A DNA stretch of 64,000 nt from Glycera tridactyla (GCA_965644265.1 OZ286461.1:86738001-86802000), one strand, 5' to 3'; shown: positions 24,416-37,429, counted from the stretch's first letter. The notes: generated by a model from the letters alone, not told the origin. Translations and numbers: made by a program.

Positions 24416-26406
24416 TTTTTATACGCCATCGGGCGTATTATGTTATGGCGCTGTCCGTCCGTCTGTGCGTCTGTCCGTCCGGAGGACCATTTCCGGACGA
24501 TTACTCAAAAAGTTTTAAGAGCTATTGATTTGCCACTTGGTATACCTAATCACCTTGGGTCTGGGAGGAAGCCTTCCGATTGTGGGGTTGCGACCTTGAT
24601 TTTCAAGGTCGCTGAGTGCAAAAAGGCCAAATCTCTGGTCCGGACCATTTCCGGACGATAACTCAGAAAGTTTTAAGAGCTATTGATTTGCCACTTGGTA
24701 TACCTAATCACCTTGGGTCTGGGAGGAAGCCTTTCGATTGTGGGGTTGCGACCTTGATTTTCAAGGACGCTGCGTGCAAAAAGGTCAAATCTCTGGTCCG
24801 GACCATTTCCGGATGATTACTCAAAAAGTTTTAGAGCTATTGATTTGTCACTTGGTATTCCTAATCGCCTTGGGTCTGGGAGGAAGCCTTTTTATTGTGG
24901 GGTTGCGACCTTGATTTTCAAGGTCGCTGAGTGCAAAAAGGTCAAATCTCTGGTCTGGACCATTTCTGGACGATAACTCGAAAAGTTTCAGAGCTATTGA
25001 TTTGCCACTTAGTATACCTAATCACCTTGGGTCTGGGAGGAAGCCTTCCGATTGTGGGGTTGCGACCTTGATTTTCAAGGTCGCTGAGTGCAAAAAGGTC
25101 AAATCTCTGGTCCGGACCATTTCCGGATGATAACTCAAAAAGTTTTAGAGCTATTGATTTGCCACTTGGTATACCTAATCACCTTGGGTCTGGGAGGAAG
25201 CCTTTCAATTGTGGGGTTGCGACCTTGATTTCCAAGGTCGCTGAGTGCAAAAAAGTCAAATCTCTGGTCCGGACCATTTCCGGATGATAACTCAGAAAGT
25301 TATAGAGCTATTGATCTGCCACTTGGTATACCTAATCGCCTTGGGTCTGGGAGGAAGCCTTTCGATTGTGGGGTTGCGACCTTGATTTCCAAAGTCGCTG
25401 AGTGCAAAAAGGTCAAATCTCTGGTCCGGACCATTTCCGGACGATAACTCAAAAAGTTATAGAGCTATTGATTTGCCACTTGGTATACCTAATCACCTTG
25501 GGTCTGGGAGGAAGCCTTCCGATTGTGGGGTTGCGACCTCGATTTTCAAGGTCGCTGAGTGCAAAAAGGTCAAATCTCTGGTCCGGACCATTTCCGGACG
25601 ATAACTCAAAAAGTTTTAAGAGCTATTGATTTGCCACTTGGTATACCTAATCACCTTGGGTCTGGGAGGAAGCCTTTCGATTGTGGGGTTGCGACCTTGA
25701 TTTTCAAGGTCGCTGAGTGCAAAAAGGTCAAATCTCTGGTCCGGACCATTCCCGGACGATAACTCAAAAAGTTATAGAGCCATTGATTTGCCACTTGGTA
25801 TACCTAATCACCTTGGGTCTGGGAGGGAGCCTTTCAATTGTGGGGTTGCGACCTTGATTTTCAAGGTTGCTGAGTGCAAAAAGGTCAAATCTCTGGTCCG
25901 GACCAATTCTGGACGATAACTCAAAAAGAGCTATCGATTTGCCACTTGGTATACCTAATCACCTTGGATCTGGGAGGAAGCCTTTCGATTGTGGGGTCGT
26001 GACCTTGATTTTCATGGTCACAAAGTGCAAAAATGTCAAATCGCATATCCAGACAATATCTGCATGATAACCTCAAAACAGTTTGAAAGTTATTGATTCC
26101 GAACTGTTCATGTATTCACCTGGGTTAGGAAAGAGCCCTATCCATATCCTCATAGCTATTGATTTGAAACTTAGTATATCTATTCACCTTGGGTCTAGGA
26201 AGATACCTATTGATTTCGCAGTCATAACCTTTGATCCCGGTCACCGAGTGCAAAAAGATAAAATCCTATTGCAGACAATTTCTGGATGAAAACAGTCTGT
26301 GTCACTAGTCACGGCAATAAAGGTCAAATCCCATTCCAGATGAAAAAAGTCTGCCTCACTAATCGCGGCGATGGCGTATTATGCCCCGCTTTGCGGTGCT
26401 CTTGTT
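24416..26406 (+). mobile_element. Non-autonomous Helentron/Helitron2-type element (HINE / DINE-1 / pearl-like) carrying a satellite array
   Basis: 5' T-run, then subTIR ATACGCCATCG (24421-24431) with a local inverted partner GGCGTAT; (GTCY)n tract ~24452-24481; central tandem array; 3' inverted subTIR CGATGGCGTAT (26369-26379); GC hairpin ccgc-ttt-gcgg (26386-26396); T-rich end; no TSD. Confidence 0.88.
24479..26340 (+). repeat. 157-158-bp tandem satellite: ~10 near-identical units plus 2 diverged terminal units
   Basis: Unit starts (ccggaccattt) at ~24479, 24640, 24798, 24955, 25112, 25269, 25426, 25583, 25741, 25898; similarity decays from ~26010 to ~26340. Confidence 0.97.
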
Positions 26407-26447
26407 GTTCAGAGTGTTACAGCATTACACAGATCTTTATGATGTAT

Positions 26448-26909
26448 CAGGGCTCAATGTCGGGGAAGAAATTTAGGAGCCAGCTGGCCCCTGGGTTTTT
26501 CATTTTGGTCGTTTCTGGTAGCCAGAAGAACAAATTTCTGGTCGCCAGAATTTGTTTTATGTGCGATGCGCCATTGTCCAGCATAGCTTCTCACGTGCCA
26601 TATTCCCTACAACCCTGGTCTGGCTTCTGATTTTTCCTCTATATCATGTTTGTGTGCTGCGATCTCTCAGGGAATGAGGTTCGTTGTCAGAGACGCCAGA
26701 AGGAATAAATATTTGCGCTGTGGTATTTGTGAGTTTCTTGACAAGATTGGCTTCCTCATTCATCAGTTTTTAATCGCCATTTTGATAGCTCATTCAAAAA
26801 ACAATCATGTTTCCCATGTTTGCCGACAGGCGAGTGCATTTCACAAATCTTTCACCGAGGTGATTTTCATTCGCAGTCGGCGACCTGTGAGTCGCAACAT
26901 CGAGCCCTG
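26448..26909. mobile_element. hAT-type MITE with 5-bp TSD (hAT5-like), 462 bp
   Basis: TIR CAGGGCTC(A/G)ATGT (12/13 match); TSD TGTAT at 26443-26447 and 26910-26914; subterminal tggtcgcca / tggtagcca motifs. Confidence 0.82.
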
Positions 26910-27526
26910 TGTATGCTTTTCATGCTCAAGGCATTTCTGTTTGGAGGGGAACTGAGATGAGCCTGAGGGATAAGTGATGAGTGAAACCTCTTTTGAGAGA
27001 CCCCTCTTTTGAGAGACTGCCCTCTTTTGAGAGACAGCCTCCCATCGGTTCATTTTTACCGGCAGTCAAATATACCTTCAATGATAGACCACCTCTGTAT
27101 TTTTGTAGAAGAGATTTTTCTGAAGGACATTCCGATTGAATAACCAGATTGAACCATCCCACACTGAATTGCGAGAAGGATCTGTTGAAAGCTTTTGCTG
27201 GGCAGGTGATAACACTGCATTTGTGTTCATAATGCTACCATATTCCGGGCTTCAAGTTAAAGAGTGAACTTAGAAGCATGTTAAATTTGAACCAATATGG
27301 GATTGAAAGTATCACATGAACTATTGCTGTAGCAGTTTAGGTAGCTCAGGACATGACAGAATGACAAAATGACAAATCTTTATTTTCATTGGCAACATCA
27401 GCATGTAGTCACTGTCAATTCATTCATATATGATTCTTCAAACGCCTGACCCTGGCTACCACCAGTTTACTGGAAATGATCATGCAACATTCTGCTATAA
27501 CTATTGACTAGCACCTACGTCATATA

Positions 27527-27670
27527 GGTTGACCATTGTAGTAAGACATAAGCCTGCTTGCTCCTATACAGGCTAGGCGGTTGGTGCCATTCTGGAGATC
27601 TGATTCCAAAGACAAGAGGTACAAGAAGATTTCTGAGAATACTTGTACATTCCATTGGTGTATCTTTAAA
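27527..27670 (+). mobile_element. tRNA-derived SINE, family 2 (diverged copy)
   Basis: ggctaggcggttggtgccattctggagatc and ttctgagaatacttgtacattccattggtgtat align with the reverse complement of 41590-41765. Confidence 0.65.
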
Positions 27671-29814
27671 CATTTCTGCGCCAACTTAGATGAAGTATCA
27701 TTACTTTTGTTCAGTTTCAGGGCTCTAACGGATGTGGATTGGATGTGGTCTTCACAGGCATCACAGGCATAACTGTATCAGGTCACCAAGGGAACATGAG
27801 ATCAGTGAACATTGAAATTTGACAGCAATAGTTGATAGTGAAAATCTCGAGAGATAAGGACAATGGTTCGTCATAGGGGGAGTACAATTGGTTGGATGAG
27901 GATGAGGAATAGGGATGAAAGAATGTAGTCATGTGGTGGAGGAGGCTGCTCAATGAGAGCCTCATCACGTGTTATTATACGTGCTTTGCCTGATGAGTGC
28001 CACTGATTTGCTAATGAAACGATGGCGTCATATACACATTACGCCACATTAACTAGTCACCGCTCATCCCATGTTGAGCCTCACGGCTCGATTATAAGGG
28101 ATCTGGGCATTGATCACCACACCTGGGAATGTCACTCATACAATGCGGCTGTGTATTTGGTGATGCTTGGTTGGTAAACATGTTTATTATAAATCAATAA
28201 TCCAGTGTTGTGTGATGGATATGTAGCCCCACGCGTTGAATGAAATCATGGTAGTCAGGCCGTGCACACATATGTCCCATGTTAGGCATGTTGGCCGCCA
28301 ACTTGATGCTACTTAAGATACCATATATAGCTGAATTATTCAGGCTCGTACTTGTACTTCATCAAGATTGATTGTATAAAATCACATCAACGCAGTAGTA
28401 TGAATTGTATCAAAGTGTGTAACACAACTTCAACCGAATTATCCTCACATTCTGGTAACTGAAATTATTACATGTAAAATGCCTTTTTCTTGTTTCAAGC
28501 GCTGTTTTTTGCTTAAAAAATGGACTTTGACAGGTTTGAATGTTAGCTCCCAGTTTGTAATAAAGTTAGTTATGCCACCAACAAGTATGAGTTAGATATT
28601 ATTCATGTATACGGAGGTGTGACTGAACTGTCAGTTACAGTACTTCCACTTGACAACATCTCTGGCACATCATCATCTTGCATTCAGGGATTGTGAGTGT
28701 GACACCTGCAGGGGACAGAACATCCAGCTTTCATAGAGTAGGAACTCATGTCATATGTCTATGTATAATCCCCTTCAGGATGATGCATGATCTTGAACAT
28801 CAACTGAATATTCAATCACTCATCGAGGTAGTGATGTGCTGATGTTCGACTATAGTCGAAGCCATTTCGATAACTGCAACAATCAATCAAATGCCAAGTC
28901 AATGTTTGTTTCCAATTGAATGATTCACCTACAATCATTTCCCCCCCCCCCCCCCCCCCCCTCCCAATCTCAGACTTATCTCAGCATGCGCTCATTCCAC
29001 TCGATTTTTTTATTTTGAAGCATCCACATCTGACCAGTACATCAGCAAAAATGTGACAGAAATGAAAACTGTGTATTCTGTACTAGTAATTTCTGTCATT
29101 TTTGTGTGGGGAACATCCAAGATCCCCTCATATAGAAAGTGCATGAATTTGCAAAGGAAGAATTTACAATAAATAGCAGCTAAATAGAAGAATTAGTCCA
29201 TGAAAGTATGTCCAAGATATGGTTAAACATCAAACATTGTTTGGTCCGAAATATGGTTAAAATCGAACATTATTTGAAGTTTGTTTGGTTCTGAAAATCA
29301 AACTCCAAACATGAAACAAAAATCAAATCCCAATACTACATCAAGTGATACCTATTTTGTCATGCCATTAATCAATAATCTCACCTGAATGATAATATAA
29401 GTAAATCTGCAAAAGAGCAACCTCCTGAATGAAATGAACAGATCTTTGCCAAAATATGTTTTACTTTGGAAAAGTTCTTGAATGGGTGACCACCCATCTG
29501 CCACAACTGGTGAGCAGTTTACTGAAGAATGGTTGCGGTAACCTACAAGTGACCATCGAAAGTGGTTTGGCACTTTGACTGGTTCAACTCAGCTCACTAG
29601 TCCAGTGTACATTTCACTGAAGAAGAACTATGAGCCCATTGTCGTGTCACTTAACCCAGCACACTTGGCTAACCTTTCTCACAAACAGCCTGAGAACTCA
29701 CCTCTACTGCCATAACATGTGTACATGGTTGTTTATCTGTAAACGATTACTATTTATTGCGAGGCAGACAGCCATCTCTAACAGCTAAGTGACCCAGGTG
29801 TGACCAGAGGAGAA

Positions 29815-29910
29815 TCTGTATCTGGCTGGGCTGAACGGTTGGTGCCATGCTTGAGATCCCACGTTCGAATCCACAAGAAATAAAATGATTTCTGAAAATG
29901 TGATTTTGGA
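29815..29910 (+). mobile_element. tRNA-derived SINE, family 2 (partial copy with canonical B box)
   Basis: cggttggtgccatgcttgagatcccacGTTCGAATCCacaagaaa..tgatttctgaaaatgtgattt matches the family-2 core. Confidence 0.7.
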
Positions 29911-31942
29911 TGGTTCTGTTTCATAATACCTGATTATCAGTTCTATTTGGATGCAGGTGATCAGTTGATTCCATTTGACAACCTCTCGAGTTGTCCGCCA
30001 TCTTGTTTTCAGGGTTTATTAGAGTGATGCTCGCAGAGGACATCTAGCAAGAGTTTCATATATCAGGAACATATGGTATACAAAATCCTTTGGGTTTATA
30101 GATGCCATCAAACTCTGGTCAATCAATCAAAAAAACATTGACTGAATGACCGTCATGAGTAGAAGGGTATGAGTATTTTGCGATTGTTTCACAAAGTCTC
30201 TGTGAGCATGAGAGGGTTAAAAGATGTGAGATGTAGTAGGTGAGGAGAGGGGAGGGATGGGTGCGAGCAGGAGGAGACAATTAAAGATTTTCGATTAGAT
30301 TGCTTGTTACACCATAAGTCAGCTGACTGTCAAGTGAGGGCAATCGTAAAGATGCTAGCCTGGCAAGAACTGTTAGCCCGCTACACCACTTCCCCATCTC
30401 CGGGTCGGTGGCGGAGCCAACCTGAATAACTGTATTGATTGGTGTACACAATAACTCAATAGGTCAGTTCTCTATTCATCGTCGCTTGCCATGGCTTCCT
30501 CGTGCTCAGCATCGGTGTTTTAAAGCTTTGTGGTAAGTTGAAGCCCTGATGGACTTGACGGGGCCGCTGGAGGAGGTATGTGAGTGGTGGCCGGCGTGGC
30601 GCTGCAGCAACCCAACGCGCTGAAGCAATCACTCCTCATGTGTCGTATTGCCGCACTGCCAAACAGGTTGCTTTATCTGATTGGCATAATGATCTGCGCG
30701 GATGCTAAGCGATGTCAACAGACGGTATGAGCATGAGTAGCACGCGCCGTTTGATTTGCTCTCGTCGTCGCTTGCCGCATTGATCTCTTACGAAGCACGT
30801 CGTCACTGGTGTTCACAGTGAGTAGTTGCTTTAACATGCTTACATATGTGCTTTAGTGATTGTTGCTGTCGCGTGCTGAGCAAGCTCATTGTTTATGTGT
30901 TAACTGTGTTCTTGCTACATTGATCTAACGCGCACGCCTGAGTGGTGGCCATCGTTGCACTAGTGCGCTTCCGTAAGCACATGATAGGTGGCAGCATGTC
31001 ACTTTGATGACAGATGAGAGCCTACTAATTGCTTGACTGTTACCGAGGCAAAGCTGCGTGACAGCACACCAGGAGGTGATGCTGGCTGACACACTCCAAG
31101 CAATATACCATGACTGCCACCACTCCAACCATATTTTAACACTCGCCACCACCAATCGTAACATTTACAAAATAAATCTTGCTCGCGAATAATCCCGCAA
31201 ATCCTTCTGCAACAGAAAGATATATCTCATGTAGGATAGTATCAAAGACGGCCGAGCTCATTAGTCTCATTATGGATGATCGAAATTGCGGTGGGTGGCC
31301 AATTGCGATTGATTGACCAGTGTTGCGGCGTGGTGGTTCTGTGCGCGCCACGGAAATGACCGCATGTTAACAGTTAAGTGGTGGGCGGCAAATCTCTTGC
31401 ACTATTGATAGATGTAGTTAAGTAAGCATGAGCAGCTGATTATGCCTCTCCACACCTGTTCACACTTCCTTCATGACTGCTGCACTTGTATGGTTACTGC
31501 ATTCACTCAGAAGTGTGCATGCATGCATGTATGCACACTTGATCCCTTGTCATTCTATACTCCTCCCCTTGACCATGGANNNNNNNNNNNNNNNNNNNNN
31601 NNNNNNNNNNNNNNNNNNNNNNNNNNNNNNNNNNNNNNNNNNNNNNNNNNNNNNNNNNNNNNNNNNNNNNNNNNNNNNNNNNNNNNNNNNNNNNNNNNNN
31701 NNNNNNNNNNNNNNNNNNNNNNNNNNNNNNNCACAAATACACACACACATGGTTTAACTCACACACTTCCCATTATGAAACACCAATCAGTAGACAATAA
31801 TCACAGTTATACTCAACTTGATGTCAATTGCAGTCACCCGAGGTGAATGACAATAATTGGGAAATTATGAGCAAATTTTCAATAGAAAGTGACAGGGCGT
31901 TCAGGTCAGGCATTCATTGGTCTTGGAAGAAAGGTGTGGATA

Positions 31943-32118
31943 CGGTTGAACCTTCTTGAGACCACTTCTGTACAGAGGCCACCTGCCTACAAAGCTCACC
32001 CAGAGCCAAGACCATGATTATATCCTCTACAGTAAATAACTTTCAAATGATGACTACCTTTATACAAAAACCATTATTCATTGTGTCCAAGAATGGTCTT
32101 TGTAGACAGTTTTGATTG
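31943..32118 (-). mobile_element. Tc1/mariner-type MITE, subfamily B (diverged)
   Basis: ta|cggttgaacc ... cagttttgattg|ta; internal agaccac motifs. Confidence 0.65.
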
Positions 32119-32154
32119 TACAACAATAATCACACTAATTTGAGAATGAGCCTT

Positions 32155-32649
32155 CTCTAGCCACTGAAGAGTCAATGTTATTGTATGGCAATTACCTGCT
32201 CATACCCAGCTCTAGTCACTGAAGAGTCAACATTATTGTATGGCAATTACCTGCTCATACCCAGCTCTAGTCACTGAAGAGTCAACATTATTGTATGGCA
32301 ATTACCTGCTCATACCCAGCTCTAGTCACTGAAGAGTCAACATGATTGTATGGCAATTACCTGCTCATACCCAGCTCTAGTCACTGAAGAGTCAACATTA
32401 TTGTATGGCAATTACCTGCTCATACCCAGCTCTAGTCACTGAAGAGTCAACATTATTGTATGGCAATTACCTGCTCATACCCAGCTCTAGTCACTGAAGA
32501 GTCAACATTATTGTATGGCAATTACCTGCTCATACCCGGCTCTAGTCACTGAAGAGTCAACATTATTGTATGGCAATTACCTGTTCATACCCGGCTCTAG
32601 TCACTGAAGAGTCAACATTATTGTATGGCAATTACCTGCTCATACCCAT
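32155..32649. repeat. Minisatellite, 9 x 55 bp
   Basis: Unit CTCTAGTCACTGAAGAGTCAACATTATTGTATGGCAATTACCTGCTCATACCCAG starts at 32155 and every 55 bp to 32595; only a few substitutions. Confidence 0.98.
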
Positions 32650-32697
32650 CTACTCCACCTCTCCTTTATTCAATCCAACTCTTTGTCCAAGGCTGAG

Positions 32698-33000
32698 GTT
32701 CAAATTCAAATTCAGAAACTTTTATTCAGATCACGGTTCACATTCATGTACATCACATAAATACAGTTCAGGATTTTCAGTCTTCCAGTGCATATTATGC
32801 CCGTCACTCTTCTACTGACTAAATCCTCTCAGTTGGATGACTTTGTATGTTGCATACCATGTTGGTTCCAGGGAAATTTCTGCTCTCACCTGCCTATCAT
32901 AGAAGGGCAATCATTAGCCACAATGGTGTCACCTTAATACATTTCATATGTTATTGGGCATCAAGCCTGTGGATCATATTGTCAACATTTTATGCTCATC
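32698..33000 (-). mobile_element. 3' end fragment of a LINE
   Basis: Minus strand ends aataaaagtttctgaatttgaatttgaa (polyA-signal-like motif plus short tandem tail), preceded by a LINE-like 3' UTR. Confidence 0.4.
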
Positions 33001-33099
33001 CAGACATAAATATTATGTCCTCTGGAACATTTCTGGTGCTTGGTCTTGTCTGGATCCAAGAGAAGGCCATCAATACAGATTAATTGTTTGGTGATAGAG

Positions 33100-34950
33100 C
33101 AACAAGGAGCTGCTGGGCACGACTTGAACTTGGAATGGTCCTGAGAGATTACAAGAGCATCAGCCCAACGATGGATAGTACCAACTGTGACCACCATTGC
33201 ATCTCATGATCACATGGCAATACCACTCAATTGCATTTGTTGGTACTGTTTCACAATCACGAAGTTTTGCTTTGTTACTAGTGATCAAGTTTGGGCCCCT
33301 TTTCAAGATAATCAGGTCTCTTCAAAGGATTACTCAAGTTTCTTTAGAGAATTCAAATCCATTTCAGAATATCATCAAGAAATGCCTCGCTCTCGCAACC
33401 CTAAGGGAACAAATGCCTCTGATTTTGGAAATCATAAATACAACCCTAAACATATTCCAGGATTGCGCCCATAAACATAAAGTTGGATATGATGGGCCAG
33501 TCACAAAATAAGCCAAACATGGGGTGGTCTTTGCTATGTACCAAAGGTGAAGATGTGTTTGAATGGACAGGTACTTCTGCTTGACAACCCTCCTGTCTCT
33601 CCAACACCTTGTATTTGTAGTCTGTGGAGATGACGCTGGAATTCAGTGATGTATAATGAAGTCATCTATTGGGGCAAAACATCCAGCTCTCATTGATCAG
33701 AGATCTGATATCTCAAATCTCAAATCATCCTCACAACCAAATCTATTGCTACGCCTTATATTGATGACTAAGAGCATTTGTTCATGATTTCACGATGAGT
33801 GTATGCTTATGTTTGGAAGCGATGGATTTCGGCACTTGTACTATTTTTTACATTCGAGTCAACTCACCACTCCACAATGTGGTGTAATAGAAACGCTTGA
33901 GATACAACAATTGCAATCCTCATGGATTGAAGACAATAAAATAAGCCATGAGAATGCCCTTACCTATGGTAAATATGATCAGTGTCAATAGATTGTTCTT
34001 GGTTCCAAGATGATTAATGTTGAGCTATGGCCACTAATCCATCGTGTGACCAAGACTGCTTGTAGAGTGATTGAAAGTGTATCTAAAAAAATCAACTTAG
34101 ATAGCGCTTGTCTGTATCAATGGACTTTAGTCAGAAAATTGGATTTGAATCACTTAATCAGAGTGACATTTTTAGATTACAAAAAAGCATTTGATATTGT
34201 CAGCCAAGAATGGTTCATTGGCAAGCTTGATTGGTATGGTATCTGAAACATACATGCTTGGCTCGATTCAAGAACTTTTTGTCTGGAAGTTCTAATCAAA
34301 CAAACATGTATCTTTGTATCTCAGTCTACAGACAAAGAAGTGTAGATTTCCAAAAGGGTCTGTTTTTGAATTATTTTCTTTATCATCTCCATCAACACCC
34401 TTGGTGTTGCCATCCAAAATTGTTATCTCTCAATCTATGATGATGACATGGCGGTCGAATTTCCAAACCAAGGTCTAAATAAAATCAAGGTTAGACTGAT
34501 CTTAGCATGGTATTGAAATGGCTGGTCACACTTCACCTGCCCGAAGGATGGCTTAAGAAAAAAGTTAATGTAGAGCCCTGCTGTCTCCACAAGTCACTTG
34601 CTGGACTTCTGTGACATGGTCTACAAGGATATACCTGTGAATTATACAAGCTACACCAGGAAGGGCATGTAGGAAAGATCCCGCTTTGAAGTATCTCTTC
34701 ACATTTTGAAGTCGGATATCTTGAGTTAAACTTGCACCACTTGAACCGGAGAAGAGACCTGTTCCTTCACATGATGATGAACAAAATCATCGACAAAAAG
34801 GTGCCGATTTGCTGAAAAAAATTGCCATGGCATAGACACCAAGGGTGCCACCCAATATCATCTAGAACTACCAGTGGATCAACGCGGTAATTACACAATT
34901 CATTAAGCTTTCCAGTGCCATCCGAGTGAGATGCTTTTCTGATTGATATC
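33100..34950 (+). pseudogene. Old, multiply disrupted CR1/L2-group LINE ORF2 (endonuclease end through RT C-terminus)
   Basis: Motifs in order: GHDLNLEW and SHDH (APE endonuclease), VTFLDYKKAFDIVSQEWFIGKLDWYGI (~34160-34246), IYDDD (~34432), LDFCDMVY (~34603), LNRRRDLFLHMMMNKI (~34740). Confidence 0.72.
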
Positions 34951-35379
34951 ACACTTTTTGCTGCAAGGATATTATGACAATTCAAAATGCCCTTGATCAG
35001 CTAGTTGAAAGAGTTAAATCTCATTGGAGAAGATTTATTGAGATATTTGGCAAATTTCAGTGATATTATTTGTGTGAATCTCACTAAATAAATGTTGGGT
35101 GACTTTGTTGAGATTATCCAGGTTCAATCATCCATGTGCCTTTAATAGTATTGAGACGAAAAAGGGCATTAATGTGCATCTTAGGAATATCTCCGTACAA
35201 TCGATATTTCGATCATGAATGATATTCACATTATTTGGATGAATTGGTAGGGACTTACAACAATATTTCAGATCATGGTCAATCTTCTCCACTCTTTATG
35301 ACCAGCTGTCATCACAAGAATTCAATGATTGACATAAACGATGATTTTCAACAAATTACCTACCTGTATACTATTAATG

Positions 35380-35590
35380 AAGAAAATTCTGGGTACTCAC
35401 AGCGTAGTTGAAAGTTAGTTTACAGGGAACCCTCCAGCCCCTTTTCTCAACCAGTGGCAAATATGATGAATTAGCATCATTATGTAATCTTGATGCTGGG
35501 ATCGGATCACATGACTTGGATAGAACCTCCTGGTATAATGGCGGGAGGACGTGCCGGCCCTTATCCCGATTCAGGGTGAATTTTTCTATG
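35380..35590 (-). mobile_element. Penelope-like element 3' fragment
   Basis: Minus ORF 35374-35697 contains TLNRDKGRHVLPPLY (35531-35578), the PLE GIY-YIG terminal motif. Confidence 0.58.
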
Positions 35591-37429
35591 TTGAATGATA
35601 TAAATGTGTTGAGAGCTAATATTAGTGAAATAATTGTTGTGGAAATGTGTGGACTACATAAATATGTCAAACCAATCAGGAGAATAGAAGTATTCAATGA
35701 TTCCTATTTTCATGGAACTTCATTCACCATTCCTTTCTGCTCTCAAAATGTCTCTTGACATACTGTGCTGTTTAACTTACCGTATTTGCATTAATTGGCC
35801 CTCAAATGAATACTTATTATTTTCAGCCAACCATTTTTGTGTTGCATTTTCGGATTGCAGTTAGGAGAGATTTGCTATATCAATCCGCTAGTAGATTGAC
35901 AAAGGCCAGAAAATGTTGCTGTGTACAGTTAGTTGCTACGAAAGGTGGAAAACCATCGATTCTTCATATGTAGCGGTAGACACGCATTCATCAGCAAGCA
36001 GGAAATCAATATATCCGTAGGTGAAAGTAAATTTTGTGACATGCTATTATTTATGTAACAGATTCACGCCTATTCTGGCCATGATAACTTGAGTGTACAG
36101 ATGTGTACCTTTGATCGGGAAGCTTCATTTAGATTGATCTGTTTGGAACAGCTTGTGATGGAGGCTGTCAAACAGATGAATATAGTCGGTTTAGTTGACA
36201 TTGTAATGATTGTTTCATGCCGTATGGTATCTGATGATACAGCACTTCACAGAGGATGGGATTTTCTATATTCTTTCATCAGAAAAGCAGATGTATATAG
36301 ATACCTAGTGTGTGACTTTCGCCAGGATTTCTTTCCAAATGGTCAAAATTTTGATGAATTCTCATATCATATAGGATTACCCCAATCCTGGATTGGACAC
36401 AGTGACTTGTGAACAGTGGAGTGATATATCAAAGCCAATTTACATCTCACTCTGACTATCAATGAGCAGTTCATGCCTATATATGACAATGATTCATGGT
36501 GTTCAATCTATAAGTGGGCAATCACAAGCGTAGAAACACTCACCTAAGCCAAAATATAGTGATATAAACAGAAATATTGAGATCTGAGTGCAATTAGTGT
36601 ACAGTAAAACCTGCTATAGTGTAATCCTTTCCATAGTGAAATCCTGTCTACAGTGAAAAGAAAAATCTGGCCCGTGACTTTTCACTGTAGACAGATTTAC
36701 TGTATCTATTCTCTCTAACAGTTCACAGCTACATGTATCAACAGATTGTGGTTTCCTTTGCAGCTGAGCAAATTGATTTAGTTCATAGCAGAAATAACAG
36801 AGCAGAAATAATTGAGTATCTTTCAAAATGACAAAAGTAGTGTTCACACATCTATGTATTTTGTATTATTGATTGACTCTCGCCTATATCTTTGGCAGTC
36901 ATCTAGTGACTTTCTCAGAAAAGTTGGTCTGCATAAAAATCAACTCCCCTGTGTTAAGCTATACTTTGGTGTGAAACACGCAAGTTACACGCAAGTATGT
37001 ATACAGTAAATGAAATCTATGGCATTCAGGGGTTGAATTAACCCTATTTTTCAAATATTCACATCAATATTCTTACAAGTTTAGGGACCCAATAATTGAA
37101 ATTGCTTGCACTCAGTATCCTGTCATGGTCTTACAAAACAGGTAGTCTCTAGTCAAAGGTATGATTGAGGCTAACTATTGAATTTGTGAGAGTTTGCTCA
37201 GCAAATCAAGAATGAAATTAGTAATAGAAACAGTGCAGTTTCATAGATGATACGCGGAATTGTCAGAATAAAATTATGCATAAGAAGATCAATCCTGCAT
37301 GGTAGAGGTGAGATGATGCTCTCATGAATCATTTTCAATCAATAAGATTGGGTTTTTGATCCAACTGATTGATATTACAGCAGGAATATCTGCCCGGAAA
37401 TTTGTATGGGTCTTTCGGGCACATTGATG

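Noticed and set aside
24404-26067. Repeated ORFs MQKGQISGPDHFRTITQKVLRAIDLPLGIP... as a repeat protein
   Set aside because: The unit is 157-158 bp, so frames shift and stop between units; the array lies inside a non-autonomous element.
32155-32649. 55-bp array as a CRISPR array
   Set aside because: Units are identical end to end with no unique spacers, there are no cas genes, and the context is eukaryotic.
36089-36412. 107-aa ORF with TIR-domain-like WDFLYSF and CDFRQDFFP motifs
   Set aside because: Box1-box2 spacing is about 15 residues too short and no splice context was found; treated as chance pending a profile search.
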